A DNA stretch of 64,000 nt. Source: Azolla caroliniana (lineage: Eukaryota > Plantae > Polypodiophyta). The notes under the pieces are model-generated. The model did no database searches. It saw only the letters and a program-made list of their open reading frames with translations, and was not told the origin of the DNA. Location: assembly GCA_043228905.1 (NCBI GenBank), contig JBHGNT010000013.1, forward strand, positions 12,958,001 to 13,022,000, written 5' to 3'. Made by a program: the position numbers and the translations under genes. Shown in pieces: positions 24,727 through 37,525 of this stretch. The stretch's first letter is position 1. Each line of letters starts with the position of its first letter.

Positions 24727-27700
24727 TCAAGCATTAAATAGAGAGACCTCCCCTAATATGTGCTCATGAACCTCTTGGGGGACCTTGTAGACAGTGTTGT
24801 ATCCCTTAACCTTGTGCTTTGCTTGAGTCATATTGAATTTGATCGCAAGAATGGCATCAGCGTAGATTATTGCGATGGGTGCTTCTTTTAGTAATGCATA
24901 TGTGTTCTTGCACTGCGGCAACTTTGCATAATAGTTTCCATACACGACAGACTCACCAACGTTGAAATTGTTGCCCCAACCATCCCTCACCACTTCTTTC
25001 AATAATGTCTTTCCTTGCTTGCACACCACAATGTAGTAGTCTTCTAAATCTTCATTCTAAGGAGATTTGAGCACTGCAAAATGATCTCCAACTTCTAATA
25101 AAACTGCCAAGTCTTGATTTTGGTTGTAGTATACAATATCGTTTGAATGCACATCCTCTTCAATATCATCTTGTCGTTCAGGCTCAAGCTTCTATAGCTT
25201 CTAGGGCTCCACGATTGATAGGTTGATGCATTTATCCCAAGCTTCATCTAGACACATGGAACAAAAGCATGATAAACTACGGAGTAACAATTGTGTTGTG
25301 TCCTTGCGGCTAAACCCTAACACACAATGGGTGTTGTGTGTGCCTTTCACGGTTTTACAACCATATGATTTAATTCTATCGACCTCATCAGCGCGAACTT
25401 CAACAAACTATCTGTTCTTACCATCATTTGACATCTTCCATGTTAGCCACTGCACAACATCATGTGCATTTTGTAACTTAGCACCATTATTATCCAACTG
25501 CTCACTTGTAAGGGCACGTTTGATCACAGCCCCCACGCCATCATGCTCTCCTTTTCCATGTCCAGACCCGAAGTAATTCCATTGCATACGAATATTGAAT
25601 AAGGAGAAATACCTGCTTTGGTATCTCAGGTTTCCAACAAAATTAGTACTATGTTGTCAATTGAGAGTACTACACTTCCATTAATACTGATTTACCAACA
25701 AAATTAGTACTATGTTGTCAATTGAGAGTACTACACTTCCATTAATACTGATTTAGTACAAATACAAAACAAAGCATAGCACAACGTATCCATTGAGAAC
25801 ACTCTACACTTATTAAAAGATAAATAGTACTATGTTGTCAACCAACAGTACCTGGCATCCATTTAATACTAACTTAGTATGGATATAGCACAAAGTATAG
25901 TACAATGAGTTCATGGAAAGCACTCTACATGTATTAACAGATAAATAGTACAAAATGTTCAATATCGGATAGTACAGTACAATGTGTCCACGAAGAACAC
26001 ACCCCTCCTTAGAAGATCATTAGTACTACAAGACATGTACTTTACATCCCCCAATAAACACTGATTTAGTATAGATACAACACATAGTATAATACAGTGT
26101 GTTCATGGAGAACGCTGAACATTGATTAATAGATAATCAGTACCACACAGTGTTTAAAAGATGAGTACAAGATGAGTACAATACTATGAGTACAACATGA
26201 GTAAATACTGATTTAGTACAATTCTCTGAAGGACGGACGATACTATGAGTACAAGATGAGTACTTTACATCCTCCTGTAAACACAACATAGTACAGATAC
26301 AACACACGACATAGTACAATGTGTCTATGGAGAACCCTTCACATGGATTAAAACATAATTAGTACAATTCTCTTAAGGACGGACAATACTATAAGTACAA
26401 GATGAGTACTTTACATCCTTTTGTAAACACAACATAGTACAGAACCAACACACAACATAGTACAATGTGTCTATGGAGAACCCTTCACATGGATTAATCG
26501 ATACTTAGTACAATTCTCTTAAGCACGGACAATACTCTGAGTACAATATGAGTACTTTACATCCTTCTATACACACAACATAGTACAGATACAACACACA
26601 GCATAGTACAATGTGTCTATGGAGAACACTTCACATGGATAAAAAGATAATTAGTACAATTCTCTTAAGGACGGACAATACTATGAGTACAAGATGAGTA
26701 CTTTACATCCTTCTGTAAACACAACATAGTACAACGTGTCTATGGAGAACACTTCACATGGATTAAAAGTTACTTAGTACAATTCTCTTAAGGACGGACA
26801 ATACTATAGAGTACAATACGAGTACTTTACATCCTTCAGTAAATACTGATTTAGTACAGATAGAACACACAACATTGTACAAACAAAATTAGTATGCATG
26901 CATCCATTCACAAGTGCAAGATTCGAATAGTTACAAACATAATTAGTATGCATCCATGTGAATAGTACTGTTTGTTAATAGTTACAAACATAATTAGTAT
27001 GCATCCACTAACACAGGAATTACTTCCTTACACATTGCATGATAAGTACTAAACATATGGATTAAAAATTACCTGGCGATAAAGTAGAACGATCATGCCG
27101 CCTTAAACTGTGAGGCAGCACCATCAGACCAAACCCAATGACGGTTAAAGGTTAACCCTAGAGAAAATAAATCTGCATGGTGAAGCTTAAAACAATGTTG
27201 AACAAATAGTGTATCATGCTTTTTATCATTTGAAATGTAAAATATTGATTTCTTATGTAACTCACCGTCTTGCCTCCAATAGCAAATATGTACAAGTATT
27301 GTACATTGATCATTGTACCAATGCATTGATTGAACCTCATTTTGAACTTTAAATGTATAGTTTTCTGCAAAATCAATAACGGATACGATGACACCCATTG
27401 GTAAGTTATTAATACATTCCTTGAACTGTGAATTTTGCCAATAACTCCGGAAGTTATGTGGAATGAACTCCCCAAGTTGTTTCTTCAATTCTGAGACAAG
27501 GGTAGCAACACATGTCTCCTTATATACTTCCTTGATACGCTTAGTTACAACTCCCTTGCCAATATTTTCAGTCACATACTCCAAATATTTCCATTTCACG
27601 ATATGACTATTTCCCAAATCAAGCTCCTGCCTACAAAATAATGGTAGCGGACAAACCTTACATGTTCTTAATAGACATGTACGACGATGCCACTCACATG

Positions 27701-28653
27701 ATGGTTCTTTTTCACAAACACAAGACCTCCATAGCTCAGAAACGGATGCATAAGTCATGTTTCGTGCATTACACCTATTATCCTCCCCATTTGGTGTACA
27801 AATCTCACAAGTGCAGACACATAATTCCCCGTGTATACCCTTAGAATCAGTACACATTGCATTCACTGCTAACCTTAACATGTCCATCTTCACATGGTAC
27901 ACACAACAACATGTATTCCTCTCATTTAATTTTCTAACATAAAATGGTTTCAAACCTTGGAACTTGTGGAATCCAACAGTCAAGCTTGGATGTTGGTCTT
28001 TAAAGTTCATGTACAATTCAGCCTAGATCAACCAATATATATAGCAAACATTAATATACACTTGGTCAAAACATAAAGTTATGGAATGTGAATTGATATA
28101 GAAAAATGGAATACCTCTGTCATCTCCAAGAAGTGTCTAGGCTGAATCTGGTACTTACCCTGACTTATTCGTTGTCTACACACGTCCTTCTTATTTGGTG
28201 AGACACGCATATTTTTGGCCCAAAATGAATCCACTTTCTCAATAATCTCTTGAGATAAGGCATCACATCGTTGTCTACGTCCCAACCCCAACCACTTGAA
28301 TTTGCTTGAGTGTATATTTCGGCGATGTTTCCTCAAGTTCCTTCTTTGAATACCCAGGGCTAAGGCAAATTTAGTATCACTATATTTTTTTCTCTCGCAG
28401 CGTTCACAACCATGTGTAGGGCTGCCCTCTTTGCAGCAAGTTTGTCTAAGCTCTCTACACCTTTCACTAAGTCTAGGGATGACTTCATAGACACCACAAT
28501 CTCTTCTGAAACACATTGGTCCCTAAATTTTATTCTCTCCATGTCTTCATTCAAACTTTGATGGTGTAACACTCTACAGATAATATCCCTACGATCCTCT
28601 TCACTAAATCTCTTCGTTATTTCAACCAAATAACGGACTATGTGAAGAACCAC
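24727..28653 (-). pseudogene. Sola2-type DDD transposase, at least 3 exons, with premature stops
   Basis: Motifs TCCCVYH, IDFAENY..VQNEVQSMHW, SNDKKHD, WSDGAASQFK, WNYFGSGHGKGEHDGVGAVIKR and SCFC..C. In-phase GT-AG introns at 28114-28023 and 27072-25613. Confidence 0.88.
25640..27050. repeat. AGTAC-rich tandem repeat (~146-bp unit) filling the transposase intron
   Basis: GAGTACTTTACATCCT recurs about every 146 bp between ~26255 and 26700, with a shorter final unit and degenerate flanking units. Confidence 0.9.
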
Positions 28654-28949
28654 TCGTCTCTTAGTCCTTTAAGATATGCATGAGTTACTTGACAACTCAC
28701 TCTCGTTAGGAACCCCCATTCGGTCACTAGATTTATCCACAAAAATTAAGTGTCTTGCGAAAGTAGTTAGTGTTATATAGACTCAACCAAGAAAACACAA
28801 TCAAATGTTTTTAAATGTGGCCTGCAAAGTGAGAAATATTTTGTTTCAAACATTAGAATTACATATCAAATATGACAAATGTCAATTCTAAAAATTTAGT
28901 ACTGAAATATGAAGAAATGAAACATTTTAGTACTGAAAATAAAAAAATG

Positions 28950-29150
28950 GATGGAAGGAACCTCCAATGGTGGAGGGAGCGTTGGATATGCCGCCTCGAT
29001 TTGGTGGAAGGAACCTCCAATGGTGGAGGGAGCCTGGATATGCAGCCTCGATTTGGTGGAAGGAACCTCCAATGGTGGAGGGAGCGTTGGATATGCCGCC
29101 TCAATTTGGTGGAAGGAACCTCCAATGCCGCCTCGATTTGGTGGAAAAAG
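28950..29150. repeat. ~53-bp tandem repeat (about 3.5 copies) upstream of the transposase exons
   Basis: GGAAGGAACCTCCAATGGTGGAGGGAGC...GCCTCGATTTGGT is repeated. Confidence 0.9.
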
Positions 29151-30911
29151 CCCCAAATAACCACGACATCAACTGCAATCGGTGGAAGTAAGAAAGTCGT
29201 TGTCGAAGAAGTCATTATTGGCTGCTACCTAAACCCTCACAATAGTCTCTGTACCTCAACCTAAACCCTAACAAAAACAGAAACCCTAAAAAAATCAGAA
29301 ATCCTGAACTCAAACTCTCCAACCAGACATGGATGTCTGATATTTAGATTGAAGGAAAATCAGAAACGTGACATGGATGTCTGTGATGAAAAGCTCAGAG
29401 GGATAGAGGAAGAGGAGTATGAGGGGAAGCGCCAAAATCGACGTGAGGGGAAAATAGCCTCCAAAATGGAAGAACATCTCCTCACGTGTTCCCCCCACTC
29501 CTTCTACAGTAAATGACACTTGTACTACAATCACCCCACTCTCCAAAATCGATTTTCTTTTTCTCTATTTTTTTTTTCTAAATTATTCAGTACTAACAGT
29601 ATTGAAAGTACTGACAATTTTTGTGGCAAAAAACAGTACTTTTCTGGTACACTGTAGCGTGCTTCGACCCCTTACCTTCTTTTCCGAACGGAACATTGCC
29701 AATGTGCCGAATCGGGTGCGTAGTGTCATCTCCAGTTTTGACATAGCCGGGTCGGTCCGGCTCTCGGAGTTCTCGGAACCATTCTTGATGCGATGTCATA
29801 TAGTTCGAGGCACCGGAATCAACGAACCATACGTCTTTCGGACCGGAAGCACTAGTTGAGGTAGCGGCCGACATAGAGTTTGCTCTATGTTTAATCATGA
29901 ACATTCCGCCACGGTCGGAGTTGTGCGCATACATTCCACCACGATCTTCGTAGTCGGAGTTGTGCCCGTACATTTCGCCACGGTCGGAGTTGTGTACATC
30001 CATTCCTCCATGATCTTCGTAGTCAAAGTTGTGTGCGTAATTCGTGAGTTGTCGGTTTGTGGAAGCTGATTCACGCATCTTCTTTCGGCACTCTTCTTCG
30101 TGGTGGTCGAGCTTTCTGCAATATCCGCATTCGGTTCCTCTCGAATGTAACCGAGCATGTGGTCATGAACACATGTCGCCAAACAATACATCACGCAGCT
30201 TGCGGCTTGCTCCCATGTCTCGTATCCGGGAGCCGCTTCATGCGCTCCTTTGATGTAGCTCCAATAGCCTTGTCCGCCAAGGTTTTGGTGCATCTTGTAC
30301 TCCCAAGATGCGAAGTTGTTTCAATCCAACTTCTCGGTAGGGAGAGCGCTCCCCATTTGAGTATTCATTATGTCGATTCTTCTTCTTCTTCTTCTCTCTT
30401 CGAATGCGAGCTATGTAGCGAAGCTACGATAGCTATGACCCGGTTCTTGGTCGTCGATGTAGAGCACAACACACAATCACGATGAGGCGAATGGGCTAGA
30501 TAGATCTACCAAATCGTTCTGATACCATGTAAAGAATCAAGAGATGGATTCTTGTGAAGCGGAAGAGATGTGAGTTATGTGTGTGTGTAAGAGAGAGAGA
30601 GAGAGTGAGTGAAACACAGAGAATACGCAAGGTAAAAGTCTATTGACAAAGGAGAAAGACTCAACATTATACAAGGTGGGAGTAGGGTGCTTTATGTAGT
30701 CACCCTCTCTCTTCATTGACTACAAGACTCATGGAGCATGGGGAATGTGAAAGCTCATAAGTTATGTGTCATAGAATATGATTCTATGACTCATACTAAA
30801 TGCTAGAATACAAAGTCGTGACATAATAATGGTGACTCTTGACCGTTGGAGTGTCTCTTCACTCTCAAGGTGATTTCACACACTATACCAAGTTGAGCTT
30901 GATTCTCAACA

Positions 30912-33630
30912 TTCTACCACCCCTGGTTTCGTGTGTCTCACTAATGCAGCCTGTGGATGTTTGGCCACTCAACGGAGACCCGTCATTCCATTCCCTTCTC
31001 TTATTGAAGCGGCTACAAACCCGTTTTACCATAGCCCAATCCGTCATGAGCCCATCATCAGTTTCGAGGAGGAACCCCACCTTCTCTCGGTCTCATGCAT
31101 CAACAGTCTTTATGAATAGTAGGACATTGCTTGTGTCAAGCACCATCCTATCGAGCGTCAAGAGTCGAGCGAAGCGCTTCTCAAATTCTTGTAAAAGTAC
31201 CATAGTACTTCTCCCCTTGCCGGGAAGCTCAACCCACTCCATTAGATCCCTTTTCGAAATTCTGAGTGAGTCATCAAGGCCGTACTTCTCGAGGAGTCTT
31301 TCTTCAAACTCCACCCAATTGCAACAGTCCGCTTGGATCTCGAGTACCTCCGTGTGGATACTCGGCGTTACCACTCTAGAGAATCCGGTTAGCCTCCTAT
31401 CTTCGGGGAAATTTCGCATAAGCATTTCGGCCTTATAGGCATCCAAGTAGCTCATGATATCTCTTCCATTGAACTGACCCGTTGTGCTTACCATCGTCTC
31501 TATGGCCCGGTCTAGGCCGGTCATGCCTTCTCGGGCATTTACTAAGCGGTCCACCGCCGCCACCATCACTTCAGCGAGTTCTCCTCCTCGCATCTTGGTT
31601 CTCCCTTGCCGCCCTTTCACGTCGGGTTCACCCATTTATGTCGCGAAGTTTCGCGCACGTGTGTTACTTGGGCGGGACCACGGGGATTTTGGACTAGGGA
31701 GTACTCAAGGGATAGAGAAGACCCGAGGTTTGCTTTACGACAATACTACTTCCCGGCCCCTTCCTGAGCAAGGTCTCGTTGCCCTTTGTTTTGTGAGGTC
31801 GGTGGCTCTCGTTGATCACGACTCGTCGACCTTCCGAGATCACCGCACGAGCCAAGTGACCAAACGGGTACAAGCAAGATGATTACGCAACATGAGCGCA
31901 CAAGGGGACGATAACAGAAACATGAATGTCCGTATGTCTTTATGAGGAGGAGAGGTGCATGGGCACGCCTGAACGATTCCTCGTCACAAGACGTCGAACG
32001 TACGAGGAAGACACAAAACACATGCACAAATGCTCGTACGCCTTTATGAGGAGGAGAGGTGCATGGGCAAGCCCGAACGCTCCCTCGTCACGAGACGACC
32101 GAACGTACAAGGAAGACACAAACACACGCACAAAATGCTCGTACGCCTTTATAAGGAGGAGAGGTGCATGGGTGAGCCTGAAATGCTCCCTCGTCACGAG
32201 ACGGTCGAACGTACAAGGAAGACACAACACATGCACAAAATGTTCGTACGTCTTTATGAGGACGAGAGGTGCATGGGCACGCCCGAAACGCTCCCTCGTC
32301 ACAAGACGGCCGAACGTACAGGGAAGACACAAACACACACCCACATGCTCGTACACCTTTATGAGGAGGTGAGTTGCATGGGCAATCCCGAATGGTCTCC
32401 TCGTCACAAGATGGCCGAATGTACAAGGAAGACACTAACACACACACAAATGCTCGTACGCCTTTATGAGGAGGAGAGGTGCATGGGCAAGCCTGAACGG
32501 TCCACTCGTTACAAGACGGCTGAACGTACAAAAAAAGACACAAACACACACACACAAATGCTCGTACGCCTTTATGAGGAGGAGAGGTGCATGGGCAAGC
32601 CCGAACGGTCCCCTCGTCACAAGACGGCCGAACGTACAAAAAAAAACACACAAACACACACACACAAAATGCTCATACGCCTTTATGAGGAGGAGAGGTG
32701 CATGGGCAAGCCTGAACAGTCCCCTCATCACAAGACGGCCGAACGTACAAGGAAGACACGAATAAAGAAAGAAGGAGAGAAAGAAACACGAATGATATCA
32801 ACCAAAGAGATAAATAGGTGTTCGATTCCAACGCTAGAGAACCCTTTATAAAATAGGGTTTTGTTTACAATGGCAACTTATAGTTAACCACAGGTTCAAT
32901 CAAAACATAAATATTAAATGCCCTTAGAGACAAACGTAAATCCGAACACGGTGAAGATGAACACACGAGCACCACCAAAATGTCAATCCCAACGAACCAC
33001 GACCACCCGAACGGCGAGCACACAGGTTCGCAACGACGAATGGGGCGGAGCAACGTCAAACCAACGAATCTTGGGCTCACGAGCACTTCAAGTGCCGACA
33101 CGAAGAGGACGAGCACGTGGCGATGGGGAGATGAAGGGGTATGAGATGAAGAGAAGTGGTAAATAAGGAGATGAAGAGCTTCGAAGGAAAATTGGCGATA
33201 GTCTCCTCCTCCCAAAACGTCCTCCCGAATGAGCCCCCCTCGACCTCCTTTTATAGGAAAAAAAGAAGGGGGGGTCGCCAAATTTGTCTTCAATAAAAAA
33301 GGAATAAAATTCCTTAAATCATGCTACACTATAAGTCCAAATTCAAACCGTGCACCTCTAGCTTATAGTCAATGTGACTATCCACTAGCCCACTAACTCT
33401 CTCTTATATAATATATAATTCTATCTCTATAAATTTATAGCCTCTCTCCCCTCTACCTTTTATCTCTCCTCTCTCTTACTTTTTGCACGAGCTTCTATAC
33501 CTCCTTTTCACCCTTTCTTTTCCTTTTTACTTTGCATATACACACTTAATCGCATTTGTGTGCACACACATTGCACATGCAACTTTTTGACCCCCCCTTC
33601 CGCCGGTTTTAACCACCCTCGAGCACGCCA
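30912..33630 (-). mobile_element. Truncated tRNA-Trp-primed Ty3/gypsy (5' LTR, PBS and gag N-terminus)
   Basis: LTR boundary TGTCGCGAAG at 31639; adjacent TTCACGTCGGGTTCACC matches the plant tRNA-Trp 3' end; gag GQFNGRDI..YLDAY is homologous to the gag near 53750. The distal LTR end is uncertain. Confidence 0.8.
31920..32760. repeat. ~105-bp tandem repeat, 8 copies, inside the gypsy LTR
   Basis: TTTATGAGGAGGAGAGGTGCATGGG at ~31938, 32043, 32147, 32253, 32358, 32463, 32571 and 32682. Confidence 0.95.
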
Positions 33631-33634
33631 TAAA

Positions 33635-35358
33635 AGAGAGAGAGAGAGAGAGATATAAGACTTGGAATGGAAATGAGATTATTTTATGAAGAAACAAGGT
33701 TACAAAGAGTAGGCTAAGGGCTAAATACTGGTGTTGAACCGAATGAGTTATGATAAATGAATAGACACCTATTTATAGGTCCTTATGGAGTATTCTAGAA
33801 TGTTCTAGAATATTCTAGATATTTATGATATTTAATACAATCATGGAATATCCTAGAAAGTTCTAGAATATTCTAGAATACTCTAAATATCTTGTAATAA
33901 CTAATAATATATTTATTGTAAATATATATCATATATGTTATTATAATGGTTAAAGGTATCTTGGGCTCGAGTCCTTGTAAGGCCAAAATGTATGTCTTCA
34001 TGACATTATGCTCCCTTTTTGACAACGAGTTCCATGGGTCAGAAGACAAGATTTCAGACTTTGTTTATGGGGATATTTGTTGTGAAACATAGCAACCATT
34101 TCGAAAGCATTAGCAAGATTCTCGAGAAGTTCCCATGTTCGATCATTAGGTGTATAACCTAACCAATCAACCAAATAATACAGTTTGTTGCAAACGATCT
34201 TGGAATCCAGAATGGCAGAAACTTCACATTCGAAGCCATTTGAAACTTTGATTGGAGTTGAGGAAGATGTAAGCCGACCTGCAATAGAGTTGGTCTTGTA
34301 CGTCTCCAAAAGTGAAACATGGAAGACCGGGTGAAGATGCATATGAGGGGGAAGATCAAGGCAAAATGCCACATCATTAATCTTACCAGATATCACATAT
34401 GGGCCAAAACGTTGATAATCCAATTTGCAGCTTGAAGGTCGGGTTGTTTTAATGTGACCTTGAAAAACCCATACTCGATCTCCCACTTGAAACGTAGTCA
34501 ATGAATCACGTCGATGATGGTCGACAACCTTCTTTTGAGTGTTTTAAGCATCACATAAATGGTGCAAAAGGATATCTTGAACTTCTTGGAGACGGTTGAG
34601 ACGATCATCAACAATTGAGTTCGTCGGGAGTTCGGGATGTTCAAGCATAGTCGAATGAGGATGGTACCGAATGTTTGCAAAAAATGGGGAATATCACCCT
34701 GGGACGCAACAAGTAAAAGCAGATGCTTTATGTCGACGTTGATATGTAGAACTTCAACCAGGAGAGGCACATTTGAAAGTCAAAAGCAAACCCTCTTGGG
34801 TCTTGACCATCTACGACTAATGGCATTTCATGTTATAGACACACCCGAGGATTCAAGACTTCTGGACTCCATTCGAGAGCATATTGCGATTGATGAATTC
34901 GCCCAAGACATTCTGAACCATATTATCCTAGATCGTGCTTCTTGTTCACAATCTCAAAATCCTCGTCAAGACTACAACCAGTTCAATTGGTATGATGGAT
35001 TACTTTTTCGACAAAATCTCTTATATGTGCCTGATGGTCCTTCTCGACTCCAAGTCTTGCAACAATGTCATGACGCACCAATGGCTGGATATTTCGGCAT
35101 CCACAAGACTTTGACGTTAATTTCTCGAAGATATCGGTGGCCACGACTTCACCATTTTGTTGTGGATTATGTTCGTAATTGTGATACATGTTGCCGATCC
35201 AAAAAAACTCGACATCATCCATATGGGTCATTAGAGCTAGTGCCTATTCCTGAGAGTCCATGGAAATCTATTTCATTGGTCCTTATTACGGATTAGCTCT
35301 TAGCCTACTCTTTGTAACCTTGTTTCCTCATCATATAACCTCGTTTCCATTTCAACTC

Positions 35359-35403
<45 letters not shown>

Positions 35404-35420
35404 TCACGAGTTACGATAGT
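33635..35420. mobile_element. Rearranged Tcn1-type chromovirus derivative, copy 2 (uninterrupted)
   Basis: (GA)n-LTR(-) to 34005; chromodomain ORF 33998-34501 (-); RNase H tail and integrase zinc finger ORF to 35296 (+); LTR 3' part and (TC)n. Confidence 0.88.
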
Positions 35421-35705
35421 TTGAACCGAATGAGGTGTGATGAATGAATAGACACCTATTTATAGGTCCTTATGTAGTATGCTAGAATTTTCTAGAATAT
35501 TGTAGATTTTTATGATATTTAATATAATCATGGAATATCATAGAATGTTGTAGAATACTCTAAATATCTTGTAACAACTAATAATATAATAATATTTTAT
35601 GACTATACATCATATATGTTATCATAATGGTTAAAGGTCTAACGTATAGACTAAGATATCTTGGGCTTGAATCCCTTTAAGGCCAAAATGTATGGCTTCA
35701 TGACA
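35421..35705 (-). mobile_element. Partial chromovirus LTR
   Basis: Homologous to 33735-34005 and ends GGCTTCATGACA. Confidence 0.8.
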
Positions 35706-37525
35706 AATTATCTCGAGATTTGCTCCGATTTCGCTGGTTGTTTGGCTGCTATGAAGAACTTCTTCCTCGGTTAGTCGAACCTTGTAATACATACGCGTTA
35801 TTGGCCGAATCGTTTGCAAATGATTTCCTCCAAGCTGCTTTAGTCAAAATTGTGCCCGTGCCTGAGGAGTATTGAACGACCGCAGTCGATGCGTTGCACA
35901 TGATTGTGATGAAAGTTTCCCACGAAGGCGGGAGACTACTGATAAGCAGCAATGCTCTTAGTTCATCCTCGATAGTCATTCCTTGAGCCGAAATTTGGGA
36001 GCTTATACTTTCGTACTCGTTGAGGTGCGTTGGAGCGAATCAGATTCTTTCATCCGAAGGTTATAGTGGCGTCGTATCAAATATATCTTCGTGGCGGCGA
36101 CCTTCTTTTCGTAATTGTCCGAAAGTGTCTTCCATAGTTGGAAGGAAGTCAAACATGATTGCATCGTAATGTACACGGACTTCGATAGATGCATCCGAAT
36201 AGTGGTTGTGACAATTCTGTTGAACTTGTCCCATTCAAGCGGCTTGTATCCTTCTACAGCATTTTCGTTTTCGATGGGGTCGATTTGCCCCTTGACTATT
36301 ATTAAATAGTCTTGAATCTGCTCCTTCCATATTTGAAGTTCGATGTATCAAACTTCCTTAGACTCATCTCTGACGAGCCGGATGTTGATGCCATCTGTGT
36401 CGATTTTGAAGGGGGCTTTGTTTGGCTTGGCTACGAATAGTGCTTGGGTGCGGCAGACTGGCTCACCCGAATTCGTTCTAGTCGAGTTTGAACACAAGCC
36501 GGATCTTATTCGAAATTTAGGAGACTCGATCCGAAGTGACCACGGCTGACTAGCCTAGTCGAGTTGGACCCGAGTATGTCGATTTTTTTTTTTTAGTTCT
36601 GAACATAGAGTATGTGCCGATTATCCAGGCCGATCCTACTTCAGGTGACTACAACAATGAGAAGAATAGATTCAGCTAATCTTTCTGAATGAAGCACAGA
36701 AGGGGGTTATTCCTAGAGGCCAGACAACTATGAGTGATTACGACAAGCGAGTGACTAGCGTCAGGTGACCTATTCGATTGTTGTCTAATCCAATGTAGTT
36801 CAGCTGAGGCAGAGCATGTGAAGCAAAATCTCACTCTATGCAGCTACAATCAAAGGAGTGAAGTGTAGCCGATTGGCTCACTTCAATGGTGATTTAGAAT
36901 AGCGAAGTGCAGATTTTGCCGGTGTTTCTCTTCGTGGAAACGATCTTGTAGAGAGTTGCCAACCGAGATATTCACGATGTACAAAAGAAGAGTTGTTGAT
37001 AGAAACTAGATAGACGGCAGACGCAGAATCGAAAGAACCTGGCTCTAATACCAAATGTTGAGAACATGGTCGTATTGTGCGGAACAAATCAACACTCTCC
37101 AAAGGTGAGGATCATAAGTGGATGCAAACAAGGTAGATTGATACCATCATCAACAGAAACAGAGAAACAAGACACAAGAAGAACGCAAGAGAGAGAGAGA
37201 GACGATTAGGCACAAGATGAACTATATTTGAACAACACTCAAAACTAGGTTACAAAGTTAGTTTATGTACTGTTTGACTTAGGGCAAGTGCCCTTCGTGT
37301 AGGACTTTCGTGTAGCTCGTTCTTCCTTCCTTCCTTTTGGTTTGTCGGTCTGTCCATGTAGCCAATTTATGGTGTGGACATCCTGATCATGAAACATGTG
37401 TCGTGCCAATGCCTGAACTTGTGTCCGCCCACTCCGCTTGCGCAACCATGAAGCTTAGCCTTTGCCAACCACGCAATATACAAAACCCTATCTATAAGAG
37501 ATCTAAACATACAATAATTCTTACA
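35706..37525 (-). mobile_element. Second Ty1/copia family: 5' LTR, PBS and gag fragment
   Basis: Gag motifs LW.TLS..YEKK.AATKIYLIRR.YNLRMKE and LRALLLISSLPPSWETF; Met-like PBS TGGTATTAGAGC at ~37042-37053; LTR ~37056-37525 (TGTTG...TTACA). Confidence 0.8.

Larger units (their letters stand above)
17768..29670 (-). mobile_element. 11.9-kb Sola2-like DNA transposon with cargo genes
   Basis: ~26-bp TIRs GGGTCGAAGCATGCTACGGTGTACCA / TGGTACACTGTAGCGTGCTTCGACCC; 4-bp TSD CTTA (17764-17767 and 29671-29674). Removing the element plus one TSD restores the copia frame GKEGK-KNYIKNVLHVP. A DDD transposase lies inside. Confidence 0.9.
14037..30911 (-). mobile_element. Ty1/copia LTR retrotransposon, interrupted by a DNA transposon
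   Basis: LTRs at 30528-30911 and 14037-14410; Met PBS TGGTATCAGA (30518-30527); PPT near 14411-14423; gag ~30357-29890; protease WFVDSGASNY; integrase 17760-16494; RT/RNase H 14668-16086. Confidence 0.95.

Noticed and set aside
28859-29264. ORF cluster upstream of the transposase
   Set aside because: Caused by the 53-bp tandem repeat; open in several frames with no domain.
17768-29670. PIF/Harbinger assignment from GGG termini and flanking TTA
   Set aside because: A 3-bp TSD would make the TIRs asymmetric, while the 4-bp CTTA gives symmetric TIRs and restores the copia frame. The transposase motifs are not PIF-like.
31926-32851. 273-aa repeat protein (35-aa units) and overlapping ORFs
   Set aside because: Translation of the 105-bp tandem repeat in an LTR; the frames shift between units.
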